32,000 nucleotides of DNA, from positions 1,170,001-1,202,000 of the forward strand of contig NC_008789.1 of assembly GCF_000015585.1 (NCBI RefSeq), written 5' to 3'. Positions 19,054-29,013 of this stretch are shown piece by piece; within the stretch, counting starts at the first letter, position 1, and the number at the start of each line of letters is the position of its first letter. This stretch comes from Halorhodospira halophila SL1. Its GTDB lineage: Bacteria; Pseudomonadota; Gammaproteobacteria; Nitrococcales; Halorhodospiraceae. Below the pieces are notes generated by a model. It was not told the DNA's origin and did not search any database. It saw only the letters and a program-made list of their open reading frames with translations. The position numbers and the translations under genes are program-made.

Positions 19054-19089
19054 AGCGATCCTCTCCTGACGTCCTGTTGAAAAAACCCG

Positions 19090-19134
19090 GGTGCCGCCAA
19101 AGCGCCAATGGTCCGCCCCGGCGCTTGGCGCACC
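19090..19134. repeat. long imperfect inverted repeat in divergent intergenic region
   Basis: ggtgccgccaaagcgcc (19090-19106) pairs with ggcgcttggcgcacc (19120-19134). That gives 15 bp with two single-nt bulges and a 13-nt loop. On the minus strand it is followed by CGGG then U6 (19080-19085), just upstream of the phasin-like gene SD. Confidence 0.5.
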
Positions 19135-19217
19135 TTACCGGACAAGTCTAGCGACCCTGCCCCTGAACACCACCGCGCGGGTTGCCTCGCCGCCGTCGAA
19201 ACAGGTTAGCTGTGTCC

Positions 19218-20129
19218 ATGACGCAACAGCCAACCCCACCACGAAGCCTGGATCTGGCCCTGCGCATCCTGGCGCGGGCCCCCCTGCCCGTGCTGCACGC
19301 CGCTGGCACCACCATCGGTGCCGCGCTGGCCCACCTGCCCAACCGGCCACAACGGGTGGCGGAGATCAACCTGCGGCTCTGCTTCCCGGCGCAGGATGCC
19401 CACCAGCGGCGCCGCCTGCTCCGCCGCACCCTGCAGGAGACGTGCAAGACCGCCCTGGAACTCGCCCCGGTCTTCAAACGCCCCCCGGAACAGGTGCTGC
19501 GCTGGGTGCGCCAGGTCCATGGCCAGGAGCATTTCGATCAGGCCCTCGGCGAGGAGCGGGGCGTCCTATTGCTCGCCCCGCATATCGGCTGCTGGGAGTT
19601 GCTCAACCTTTGGGTGGCGGCCCGGCAGCCGCTCACCGCCCTCTACCGCCCCCCGCGCCAACCCGCGCTGGAGCCGATCCTGCTCGCCGGGCGCTCGCGC
19701 AATGGGGCGCGCTTGCTCCCCGCCGGCCCTCAGGGTGTACGGGGCGTGCTCCGCGCCCTCGGCCGCCGGGAGGTAGTTGGCATCCTGCCGGACCAGGAGC
19801 CGGACGGCAGCGAACCCTTCGCGCCCTTCTTCGGCGTCCCCGCCAAGACCATGACCCTGGCCGGGCGCATCGCCCAACGTTCAGGGGCGGTGCCACTGCT
19901 CGCCTTCGCCGAGCGACTCCCCGGCGGGCGTGGCTTCGATCTGCACTTCTTTCCCGCCGAGGAGGCCGTAGCGGATCCGGACCCCGCGGTGGCCGCAGCA
20001 GCGGTCAACCGCGGGGTCGAGCAGTGCGTTCGCCGCGTGCCGGCGCAGTACCAGTGGACCTATAAGCGCTTCAACACCCAGCCGGACGGCACTTCGCCCT
20101 ACCCGAAAAAACGGCGCCGTCGAGCTTGA
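19218..20129 (+). CDS. lipid A biosynthesis (Kdo2-lipid IVA) acyltransferase, LpxL/HtrB family
   Basis: A family-typical HxxxxE/D motif lies in LLLAPHIGCWELL, with the later ILPDQEP and C-terminal QYQWTYKRF. I chose the ATG at 19218; the listed ORF start at 19182 is a TTG. Confidence 0.8.
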   Translation: MTQQPTPPRSLDLALRILARAPLPVLHAAGTTIGAALAHLPNRPQRVAEINLRLCFPAQDAHQRRRLLRRTLQETCKTALELAPVFKRPPEQVLRWVRQVHGQEHFDQALGEERGVLLLAPHIGCWELLNLWVAARQPLTALYRPPRQPALEPILLAGRSRNGARLLPAGPQGVRGVLRALGRREVVGILPDQEPDGSEPFAPFFGVPAKTMTLAGRIAQRSGAVPLLAFAERLPGGRGFDLHFFPAEEAVADPDPAVAAAAVNRGVEQCVRRVPAQYQWTYKRFNTQPDGTSPYPKKRRRRA

Positions 20130-20154
20130 AAGCACCCCCTCTTGGCAACTAAAC
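20125..20154 (+). promoter_or_regulatory. candidate sigma70 promoter for rpsU operon
   Basis: TTGAAA (20125-20130), an 18-nt spacer, then TAAACT (20149-20154), about 75 nt upstream of the rpsU ATG. This is a hexamer match only. Confidence 0.3.
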
Positions 20155-20228
20155 TAGTCGGCTATCTCTGGGTTGAAGTGCCCGGATCGACAACAGCCAT
20201 GGACAAAGACTAAGGGGTCGATGAGCGC

Positions 20229-20444
20229 ATGCCGATTGTGAAAGTCCGCGAAAACGAGCCATTCGAGGTGGCCCTGCGCCGCTTCAAGCGTTCCTGCGAG
20301 AAAGCGGGCGTGCTGTCCGAGATCCGCCGGCGCGAGTACTACGAAAAGCCCACGCAAGTACGCAAGCGCAAGCAGGCCGCCGCCGTCAAGCGGCACATGA
20401 AGCGGCTCAACCGCGAGCAGCAGCGGCGCCAGCGGCCCTACTAA
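20229..20444 (+). CDS. rpsU: 30S ribosomal protein S21
   Basis: [28 protein letters not shown]... 71 aa, near-identical in pattern to enterobacterial and pseudomonad S21. Confidence 0.95.
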   Translation: MPIVKVRENEPFEVALRRFKRSCEKAGVLSEIRRREYYEKPTQVRKRKQAAAVKRHMKRLNREQQRRQRPY

Positions 20445-20463
20445 ACGCCCGGAACCAGGACCG

Positions 20464-20925
20464 ATGGCCGCATCCAGCGTCAAAGAAACCGTGCTTGAAG
20501 CGGTGAAGGCCGCCATGCGCTCCGGCGATAAGGAGCGGCTGGCGGTGTTGCGCTCGGCGAGCGCCGCTCTCAAGCAGCGCGAGGTGGATGAGCGCTGCGA
20601 TCTCGCCAGCGATGACAGCGCGGCCATCGACGTCCTGGCCAAGGCGGTCAAACAGCGTCGCGAATCCGCCGAGCAGTACCGCGACGCCGGCGAGACCGCC
20701 CGAGCAGAGGCCGAGGAGCGGGAGATCGAGATCCTCTCGGAGTTCCTGCCGCAGGCGGCCAGCGATGAGGAGATCGACGCCTTGATCGAGGAGGCCATCA
20801 GCGCCTCCGGCGCCGCATCGATCAAGGATATGGGCCGGGTCATGGGGCCGCTCAAGGAGAAGCTCCAGGGCCGGGCCGACCTCGGCGCCGTCAGCGCCCG
20901 TGTCAAGGCCCGCCTCGGCGGCTGA
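20464..20925 (+). CDS. GatB/YqeY domain-containing protein
   Basis: 153 aa. It resembles Bacillus YqeY throughout (..LK.AMK..DK.RL.VLR...A..K...., EI.IL..FLP.Q.S.EE., ...DMG.VMG.LK....GRAD). Its position between rpsU and dnaG matches many proteobacteria. Confidence 0.85.
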   Translation: MAASSVKETVLEAVKAAMRSGDKERLAVLRSASAALKQREVDERCDLASDDSAAIDVLAKAVKQRRESAEQYRDAGETARAEAEEREIEILSEFLPQAASDEEIDALIEEAISASGAASIKDMGRVMGPLKEKLQGRADLGAVSARVKARLGG

Positions 20926-20979
20926 TCCCACTCGCCGCGCGACATCGTCTGGACCCTTCCAGACCCCGGAGGCTGGCCG

Positions 20980-22824
20980 ATGGCCGGGCGGATCCCTGAC
21001 GAGTTCATCGATGAGGTGCTGCAACGCACCGACATCGTCGCTGTTGTCGGCGAGCGGGTGCCCCTGCGCCCGGGTGGCAGCAACTACAAGGCACGCTGCC
21101 CCTTCCACGACGAGCGCACCCCCTCGTTCAACGTCAGCCCCGAACGACAGACCTACCACTGCTTCGGCTGCGGTGCCCACGGCACGGCCATCCGCTTCCT
21201 CATGGAACACGACCGCATGGAGTTCCGTGAGGCCATCGAGGAGCTGGCCAACCGGGTCGGCCTGGAGATCCCGGACACCGGCGGTGCACGCCGGCCTGCC
21301 GATGAGTTCGCCCCGCTCTACCGGGCCATGGCCCACGCCGACCAGTTCTTCCGCGACGCCCTGCGCAACCACCCCGCACGCCAGAGCGCTGTGGAATACC
21401 TCCGCCAGCGCGGCATCTCCGGCGAGGTGGCCGCCCGCTTTGGCCTGGGGTTCGCGCCGCCGGGTTGGGACAACCTGCTCCGCCAGCTCAACGACCCCCG
21501 ACCGGCCATCCGCGCCGGCCTGGTGATCGAGCGCGACCAGAAGACCTACGACCGCTTCCGCGACCGCATCACCTTCCCGATCCACGATCGCCGCGGCCGG
21601 GTCGTCGCCTTCGGCGCCCGAGTCGTGTCGGAGGGCGAACCCAAATACCTCAACTCCCCGGAGACCCCGATCTTCCACAAGGGCCGCGAGGTCTACGGAC
21701 TCTACCAGGCCCTGCAGGCGGAACGCCGCCCCGGGCGACTGATCGTGGTCGAGGGGTACATGGACGTCATCGCCCTGACCCAGCAGGGCATCCCCGGGGC
21801 CGTAGCCACCCTGGGCACCGCGACCACCGCCGAGCAAGCGACCCTGCTGCTGCGCTCCGCAGACGAGCTGGTTCTCTGCTTCGACGGCGACGACGCTGGC
21901 CGTAGCGCCGCACTGCGCGCTGTGGAAAACCTCCTCCCGGTCCTGCAGGGCGACCGAGAGGTCGGCGTCCTGCTGCTCCCCGAGGGCACCGACCCCGACG
22001 ATCTGGTCCGCAGCGAGGGCCGCGAGGCCTTCGAGAACCGTCTCGCGACCGCCACGCCGGTGATCGAGTTCTACCTGGCCCGCCTCGGCGAGGCGTGTGA
22101 CCTCACCACCGTCGACGGCCGCGCCCGCCTCCTCGAACGCGCCAGCGGCTCGCTCCGCCGACTGCCTCGCGGCGTCATCCGGGAGACGCTCATCGGCCAA
22201 CTCGCCGAACTGACCCGCACCGAGCCGGAACGCATCGACCGCATCCTGGAAGGCCGCGCCGAGACACCGCGGGACGACCCGGCACCGCAGGGCCGCAGCG
22301 CCCCGCGCACGCCCGAAGCGAGCCTCCAGCGAACGCCGGTGCGCCACGCCATCGCCCTGCTGCTGCAGCAGCCCCAGCTGGCCACCCACGCCGGCGACCC
22401 CGACCGCTTCGCTGACCGCGACACTCCTGGACTAGAATTACTGCAACAGCTCCTTGAATTGGCCCGCACGGAACCCAACATGACCACGGCAAGGATCCTA
22501 GAGCGGTTCCGCGATACGCCCCACGAGGCCCCGCTGCACCGGCTCGCAGCCTGGCAGCGGACCGCCATGGCCGAGGGAGACCATCAACAGGAGTTTCAGG
22601 ATGCCCTCATGCGCATCGAGGAGCAGATCATCCACAACGAGCAGAAGCGGTTGGTACGAGCGCTGGACCAGGTCGGGCAGGATGATCAGACCATCGACCG
22701 AGAGCAGGAGCTGCTGCGCCAAGCAACGCGACTGCAGCTGCTGATGGATCGGCTCAAGCGCGGCCGGATCAGCGCCGATGAAGAGCAGGAGATGCGGGAA
22801 CTTCGGGCGGCCTTTCGACTCTAA
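20980..22824 (+). CDS. dnaG: DNA primase
   Basis: N-terminal IPDEFIDEVLQRTDIV, zinc ribbon CPFHDERTPSFNVSPERQTYHCFGCG and Toprim segment VVEGYMDVIAL. 614 aa. Confidence 0.95.
   Translation: MAGRIPDEFIDEVLQRTDIVAVVGERVPLRPGGSNYKARCPFHDERTPSFNVSPERQTYHCFGCGAHGTAIRFLMEHDRMEFREAIEELANRVGLEIPDTGGARRPADEFAPLYRAMAHADQFFRDALRNHPARQSAVEYLRQRGISGEVAARFGLGFAPPGWDNLLRQLNDPRPAIRAGLVIERDQKTYDRFRDRITFPIHDRRGRVVAFGARVVSEGEPKYLNSPETPIFHKGREVYGLYQALQAERRPGRLIVVEGYMDVIALTQQGIPGAVATLGTATTAEQATLLLRSADELVLCFDGDDAGRSAALRAVENLLPVLQGDREVGVLLLPEGTDPDDLVRSEGREAFENRLATATPVIEFYLARLGEACDLTTVDGRARLLERASGSLRRLPRGVIRETLIGQLAELTRTEPERIDRILEGRAETPRDDPAPQGRSAPRTPEASLQRTPVRHAIALLLQQPQLATHAGDPDRFADRDTPGLELLQQLLELARTEPNMTTARILERFRDTPHEAPLHRLAAWQRTAMAEGDHQQEFQDALMRIEEQIIHNEQKRLVRALDQVGQDDQTIDREQELLRQATRLQLLMDRLKRGRISADEEQEMRELRAAFRL
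22452..22481 (+). promoter_or_regulatory. promoter-like (sigma32- or sigma70-type) element embedded in dnaG 3' coding region
   Basis: CCTTGAA (22452-22458), 15 nt, then CCCAACAT (22474-22481). It lies in a locally AT-rich patch of dnaG, and TAGAAT is present at 22433-22438. This follows the analogy with internal rpoD promoters in E. coli dnaG. Confidence 0.2.
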
Positions 22825-22837
22825 GAATGGGCCACCC

Positions 22838-22867
22838 TTGAAGAAACCCGCTTTTAAGCGCTACACT
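22838..22867 (+). promoter_or_regulatory. candidate sigma70 promoter for rpoD
   Basis: TTGAAG (22838-22843), an 18-nt spacer, then TACACT (22862-22867), in the dnaG-rpoD intergenic region. Confidence 0.3.
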
Positions 22868-22925
22868 GTACGGTTCCGCACCAGCGGCGCCTTCCCCGAG
22901 CAACCGCGGATCAAACCGATCGCCT

Positions 22926-24734
<1,809 letters not shown>

Positions 24735-24745
24735 CCTTCCCGACC

Positions 24746-24783
24746 CACCGGGGCGCCATTGCCGGCGCCCCGGTGTTGTGTTT
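24746..24783 (+). terminator. Rho-independent terminator after rpoD
   Basis: A perfect 12-bp stem, caccggggcgcc (24746-24757) / ggcgccccggtg (24764-24775), with a 6-nt loop. A T-rich tail ttgtgttt (24776-24783) follows. Confidence 0.7.
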
Positions 24784-24815
24784 GGATCCCTACCCGGTAT
24801 CCACCACCTCTCTGC

Positions 24816-24891
<76 letters not shown>

Positions 24892-24984
24892 CTTATCCGG
24901 AACGATCAGTAGGTTACCTAACAACCGCTCCGTTCCTGTTCACCTCCTCGGCGCCCCACATGACCCGATCGTGCCCCGGCACCG

Positions 24985-25404
24985 TCACTCCCCGAACAAC
25001 GTCAGCGTCACCTTCCGGCTGTGCCCTGCGCTGCGGTGCTCCCAGAGGTAGAGGCCCTGCCAGGTCCCCAGCGCCGGCCGGCCGCTGCTGATCGGCACAG
25101 TGACGCCGCTGCCACTGAGCACGCTGCGAATGTGGGCCGGCATGTCGTCCGGGCCCTCCATATCGTGCTCGTACATCGGGTCGCCATCCGGCGCCACCCG
25201 GGCCATGAACCGCTCCAGGTCGGCACGGACCGTGGGGTCGGCGTTCTCGGTGATCATCAGCGAGGCGCTGGTGTGGTGGCAGAAGGCGTGCGCCAGGCCG
25301 CGGGTCACGCCCTGCTCGCGGATCGCCTCGGCCAACGAGCGGGTGAGCTCATGGGTGCCGCGTCCGCGGGTCTGGACAGTGAGGGTCTGCTGTTCGATCT
25401 TCAT
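24985..25404 (-). CDS. yjbQ: YjbQ/UPF0047 family protein (secondary thiamine-phosphate synthase-like)
   Basis: 139 aa. The [21 protein letters not shown]... pattern and the C-terminal [11 protein letters not shown]... are characteristic of the YjbQ family, by recollection. Confidence 0.8.
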   Translation of the reverse strand: MKIEQQTLTVQTRGRGTHELTRSLAEAIREQGVTRGLAHAFCHHTSASLMITENADPTVRADLERFMARVAPDGDPMYEHDMEGPDDMPAHIRSVLSGSGVTVPISSGRPALGTWQGLYLWEHRSAGHSRKVTLTLFGE

Positions 25405-25529
25405 GGCCGGACTCCCGCTCGCTGATTCGGATCCGCCACGGTAGCGCTGCCCCCGGGTCGGCTCAAGCCGCTGCCGCGGCCCTCGGGGCGCCCCATGACG
25501 GGACCTCCTCAGCCGGTTACCATGCCCGG

Positions 25530-27551
25530 GTGGACGACTCGAAGACCCCCTCGCTATTCTCCTACCGCCCTTACTGGGCGGCCCGCTTCGGCGTGGCCCC
25601 GTTTCTGCCCATGTCCCGGCGCGAGATGGGCGAACTTGGCTGGGACAGCTGCGACGTCATCCTGGTCACCGGCGACGCCTACGTCGACCACCCGAGCTTC
25701 GGGATGGCGATCATCGGCCGCCTGCTCGAGGCGCAGGGCTTTCGCGTCGGCATCATCGCCCAGCCCGACTGGCGCAACACCAGCGACTTCCAGGCCCTGG
25801 GGGCCCCGAACCTGTTCTTCGGCGTCACCGCCGGCAACATGGACTCCATGGTTAACCGGTATACCGCCGATGGCCGGCGCCGCAGCAACGACGCCTACAG
25901 CCCCGACGATGAGGGCGGCCGCCGGCCCGACCGCGCCACCATTGTCTACAGCCAGCGCCTGCGCGAGGCCTACCGCGACACCCCCATCCTGCTCGGCGGC
26001 ATCGAGGCCAGTCTGCGCCGCCTGGCCCACTACGACTACTGGTCCGACAAGGTCCGCCGTTCGGTGCTGCTCGACGCCAAGGCCGATCTGCTGCTCTACG
26101 GCAACGCCGAGCGCGCCCTGGTGGAGGCCGCCCACCGCATCGCCGGCGGCGAGCCGGCCCGAGAGATCCACGACGTGCGGGGCATCGCCTACGCCCGCAC
26201 GGCCCCGGGCGCCGACGAACCGGATCCGGCCCGGGCCGAAGGTGTGCTGCGGGTCCCGGACTGGGAGCAGGTACGCCAGGATGCGGACCGGTTTGCCGAG
26301 CTGGCACGCATCACCCGCCAGGAGACCAATCCGCACAACGCCCGCACCCTGGTCCAGGCCCACGGTGCCCAGGAGGTGTGGATCACCCCGCCGCCGTTGC
26401 CCCTGAGCACCGAGGAGCTGGACGCCCTCTACGAGCTGCCCTACGCCCGGGCGCCCCACCCGGCCTACGCCGGGCGCCCCATCCCCGCCTGGGAGATGAT
26501 CCGCTTCTCGGTGAACATCATGCGCGGGTGCTTCGGCGGCTGCAGCTTCTGCTCCATCACCGAGCACGAGGGGCGCCTGATCCAGTCACGCTCCCAGGAA
26601 TCGGTGCTGCGTGAGATCGACGAGATCGCCGAGCGCACCGAGGGCTTTACCGGGGTGATCTCGGACCTCGGGGGACCCAGCGCCAACATGTACCGCATGG
26701 GCTGCAAGGACCCGAAGGCCGAGGCCCACTGCCGGCGCATGTCGTGCCTCTACCCGCGCGTCTGCCGCAATCTCGATACCGACCACGAGCCACTGATCAA
26801 CCTTTACCGGCAGGCCCGTCAGCGGCCCGCGGTGAAGAAGGTGCTGGTGGCCTCCGGTGTACGCTACGACCTGGCCATCCACTCCAAGGCGTACGTGCGG
26901 GAGCTGGTCAGCCACCACGTCGGCGGGTACCTGAAGATCGCCCCGGAGCACACGGAGCCCGGGCCACTGGCGCAGATGCTCAAACCGGGCATGGACACCT
27001 ACGAGCGCTTCAAGGCGCTGTTCGAGGACTACAGCCGGCGAGCGGGCAAGGAGCAGTACCTGATCCCGTATTTCATCGCCGCGCATCCGGGCACCACCGA
27101 CGAGGACATGCTCGAACTGGCGTTGTGGCTCAAGCGCAACGGCTTTCGGCCCAACCAGGTCCAGGCCTTCCTGCCCACGCCCATGGCCCTGGCCACCGCC
27201 ATGTATCACAGCGGCCGCGACCCGCTGCGGCCCGTGGGGTCGGACGGCGGCACGCCGGTGCGCACCGCGCGAGGTCTGCGCACGCGCCGGCTCCACAAGG
27301 CCTTCCTCCGTTACCACGATCCGGAGAACTGGCCGCTGCTGCGCCGGGCGCTGCAGCGGATGGGGCGCGAGGATCTGATCGGCAACAGCAAGCGCCACCT
27401 CATCCCCGCCCACCAGCCGCCGGGCACAGGGACCTCCGGCGAGGGGCGGCGGACCCCGGACGGCAAGCGCCGCCAGGGGCAGAAACCCCCGACGGCCGAC
27501 AACCGGCCCCGGCGCGGCCCGCGCCGGCCGCGGGGCAAGGCCCGGCGCTGA
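25530..27551 (+). CDS. ygiQ: YgiQ family radical SAM protein (UPF0313)
   Basis: The N-terminus [53 protein letters not shown] parallels E. coli YgiQ. The radical SAM cluster motif is CFGGCSFC and the C-terminal tail is basic. The start is a GTG. Confidence 0.9.
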   Translation: MDDSKTPSLFSYRPYWAARFGVAPFLPMSRREMGELGWDSCDVILVTGDAYVDHPSFGMAIIGRLLEAQGFRVGIIAQPDWRNTSDFQALGAPNLFFGVTAGNMDSMVNRYTADGRRRSNDAYSPDDEGGRRPDRATIVYSQRLREAYRDTPILLGGIEASLRRLAHYDYWSDKVRRSVLLDAKADLLLYGNAERALVEAAHRIAGGEPAREIHDVRGIAYARTAPGADEPDPARAEGVLRVPDWEQVRQDADRFAELARITRQETNPHNARTLVQAHGAQEVWITPPPLPLSTEELDALYELPYARAPHPAYAGRPIPAWEMIRFSVNIMRGCFGGCSFCSITEHEGRLIQSRSQESVLREIDEIAERTEGFTGVISDLGGPSANMYRMGCKDPKAEAHCRRMSCLYPRVCRNLDTDHEPLINLYRQARQRPAVKKVLVASGVRYDLAIHSKAYVRELVSHHVGGYLKIAPEHTEPGPLAQMLKPGMDTYERFKALFEDYSRRAGKEQYLIPYFIAAHPGTTDEDMLELALWLKRNGFRPNQVQAFLPTPMALATAMYHSGRDPLRPVGSDGGTPVRTARGLRTRRLHKAFLRYHDPENWPLLRRALQRMGREDLIGNSKRHLIPAHQPPGTGTSGEGRRTPDGKRRQGQKPPTADNRPRRGPRRPRGKARR

Positions 27552-27579
27552 GCCTCTCGGGATGGCGCTGGGCGGGCCC

Positions 27580-29013
27580 TCAGCCCCGACTCGCCACCAC
27601 CTGCCGGTACAGGTCCTGATACGCCTGCGCCGAGGCCGCCCACGAGTACGTACCGGCCATGCCCCGGGCCTGGATGGCGTGCCAGGTCGGGCGGTCCTGC
27701 CAATGCGCCAGGGCCCGCTCCACCGCTGCGGCCAGGGCAGCGCCGTCGGAGGCCGCCAGGTGGAAGCCGTTCCCGCTTTGCGGATGGGCATCCACATCCA
27801 CCACCGTGTCCGCCAGCCCGCCGGTGGGGTAGACCACCGGCGGCGTGCCGTAGCGCAGGGAGTAGAGCTGATTGAGCCCACACGGCTCGAAGCGCGACGG
27901 CATCAGGAACAGGTCACTGCCGGCCTCGATCTGGTGGGCCAGGGCCTCGTCGTAGCCAATCACCACGCCGACCTGCCCCGGGTGCTGCTCGGCGGCGGCG
28001 CGCAGCGCCGTCTCCAGCCGGTGATCCCCGGCGCCCAACAAGGCCAGCTGCGCCCCGGCGGCCAGCAGCCGCGGCAGCGCCGCCAGGATCAGATCCACAC
28101 CCTTCTGCTCCACCAGCCGCCCGACGAACCCGAGGATCGGCCCCTCGCCCTCGCTCAGGCCGACCGCCCGGGCCACCGCCCGGCGGTTGGCGGCCCGCGC
28201 CCGGTCGTCCGGGCCGGTATACTGGGCAACCAGATGCCGGTCGCTGCCGGGATCCCAGGTGGCGGTATCGATGCCGTTGACGATCCCGAACAATCGATCC
28301 CGCCGGTGGTGGAGCAGTCCGTCCAGCCCCCAGCCGAAGGCCGGCGTCTGAATCTCCCGGGCGTAGGTGGGGCTGACGGTGACCAGGGTGTCGGCGAAGA
28401 CCAGCGACCCCTTGATGAAGGCCAGCTGGCCGTAGAACTCCAGTCCCTCGGGCTGCCACAGCTCCGCGGGCAGCCCCAGCCGCGGGTAGAGCTCCGCCGG
28501 GAAGAGCCCGCGGTAGGCCAGGTTGTGGATGCCGAAGACGGTTGCGGGCCGGTCGGCCCGGTCGCGCAGGAAGACCGGCGCCAGCGCCGTCTGCCAGTCG
28601 TTGCCGTGGAGCACCTCGGCCCGCCAGTCCAGCAGATCCCCCGCCGCCAGGGCGGCGGCCACCTGCGACAGGCGGAGGAAGCGCCAGTGGTTGTCCGGCC
28701 AGGCGTCGCCCCCGGCGGTGGCGTAGGGCCCGCCGACCCGGGCGAAGAGCGGCGGGTCGTCGAGCAGCCAGACGCCGACCCCGGTGCCGGGCAGCCGGCC
28801 CTCGATCAGCGTCACACCCTCTCCGGCCAGCTCTGCGGTGTGCCGGCGGACCTCGCCCTCGAGCTGCTCGACGGTCCCCGGGTAGGCCGGCATCAGCAGG
28901 CGCACGTCGCAGTCGAGCTCAGCCAGGGCCCGAGTCAGGCCGAAGGCCACATCGCCCAGGCCGCCCGTCTTGGCCAGGGGCCACGCCTCGGCGGTGGCGA
29001 AGAGGACCCTCAC
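27580..29013 (-). CDS. glgA: glycogen synthase (ADP-glucose type)
   Basis: The homology begins at (M)[21 protein letters not shown] with the KTGGLGDV motif. The GTG start at 29011-29013 forms a GTGA overlap with the glgB stop, giving 477 aa. The listed ORF start at 29307 adds 98 non-homologous residues inside glgB. Confidence 0.93.
   Translation of the reverse strand: MRVLFATAEAWPLAKTGGLGDVAFGLTRALAELDCDVRLLMPAYPGTVEQLEGEVRRHTAELAGEGVTLIEGRLPGTGVGVWLLDDPPLFARVGGPYATAGGDAWPDNHWRFLRLSQVAAALAAGDLLDWRAEVLHGNDWQTALAPVFLRDRADRPATVFGIHNLAYRGLFPAELYPRLGLPAELWQPEGLEFYGQLAFIKGSLVFADTLVTVSPTYAREIQTPAFGWGLDGLLHHRRDRLFGIVNGIDTATWDPGSDRHLVAQYTGPDDRARAANRRAVARAVGLSEGEGPILGFVGRLVEQKGVDLILAALPRLLAAGAQLALLGAGDHRLETALRAAAEQHPGQVGVVIGYDEALAHQIEAGSDLFLMPSRFEPCGLNQLYSLRYGTPPVVYPTGGLADTVVDVDAHPQSGNGFHLAASDGAALAAAVERALAHWQDRPTWHAIQARGMAGTYSWAASAQAYQDLYRQVVASRG

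Noticed and set aside
20154-22389. Minus-strand ORFs of 309 aa (20154..21083) and 660 aa (20407..22389).
   Set aside because: They are antisense to rpsU, yqeY and dnaG, which are clearly real. The translations are Ala/Gly/Arg-rich with no motifs. This is the same high-GC artefact.
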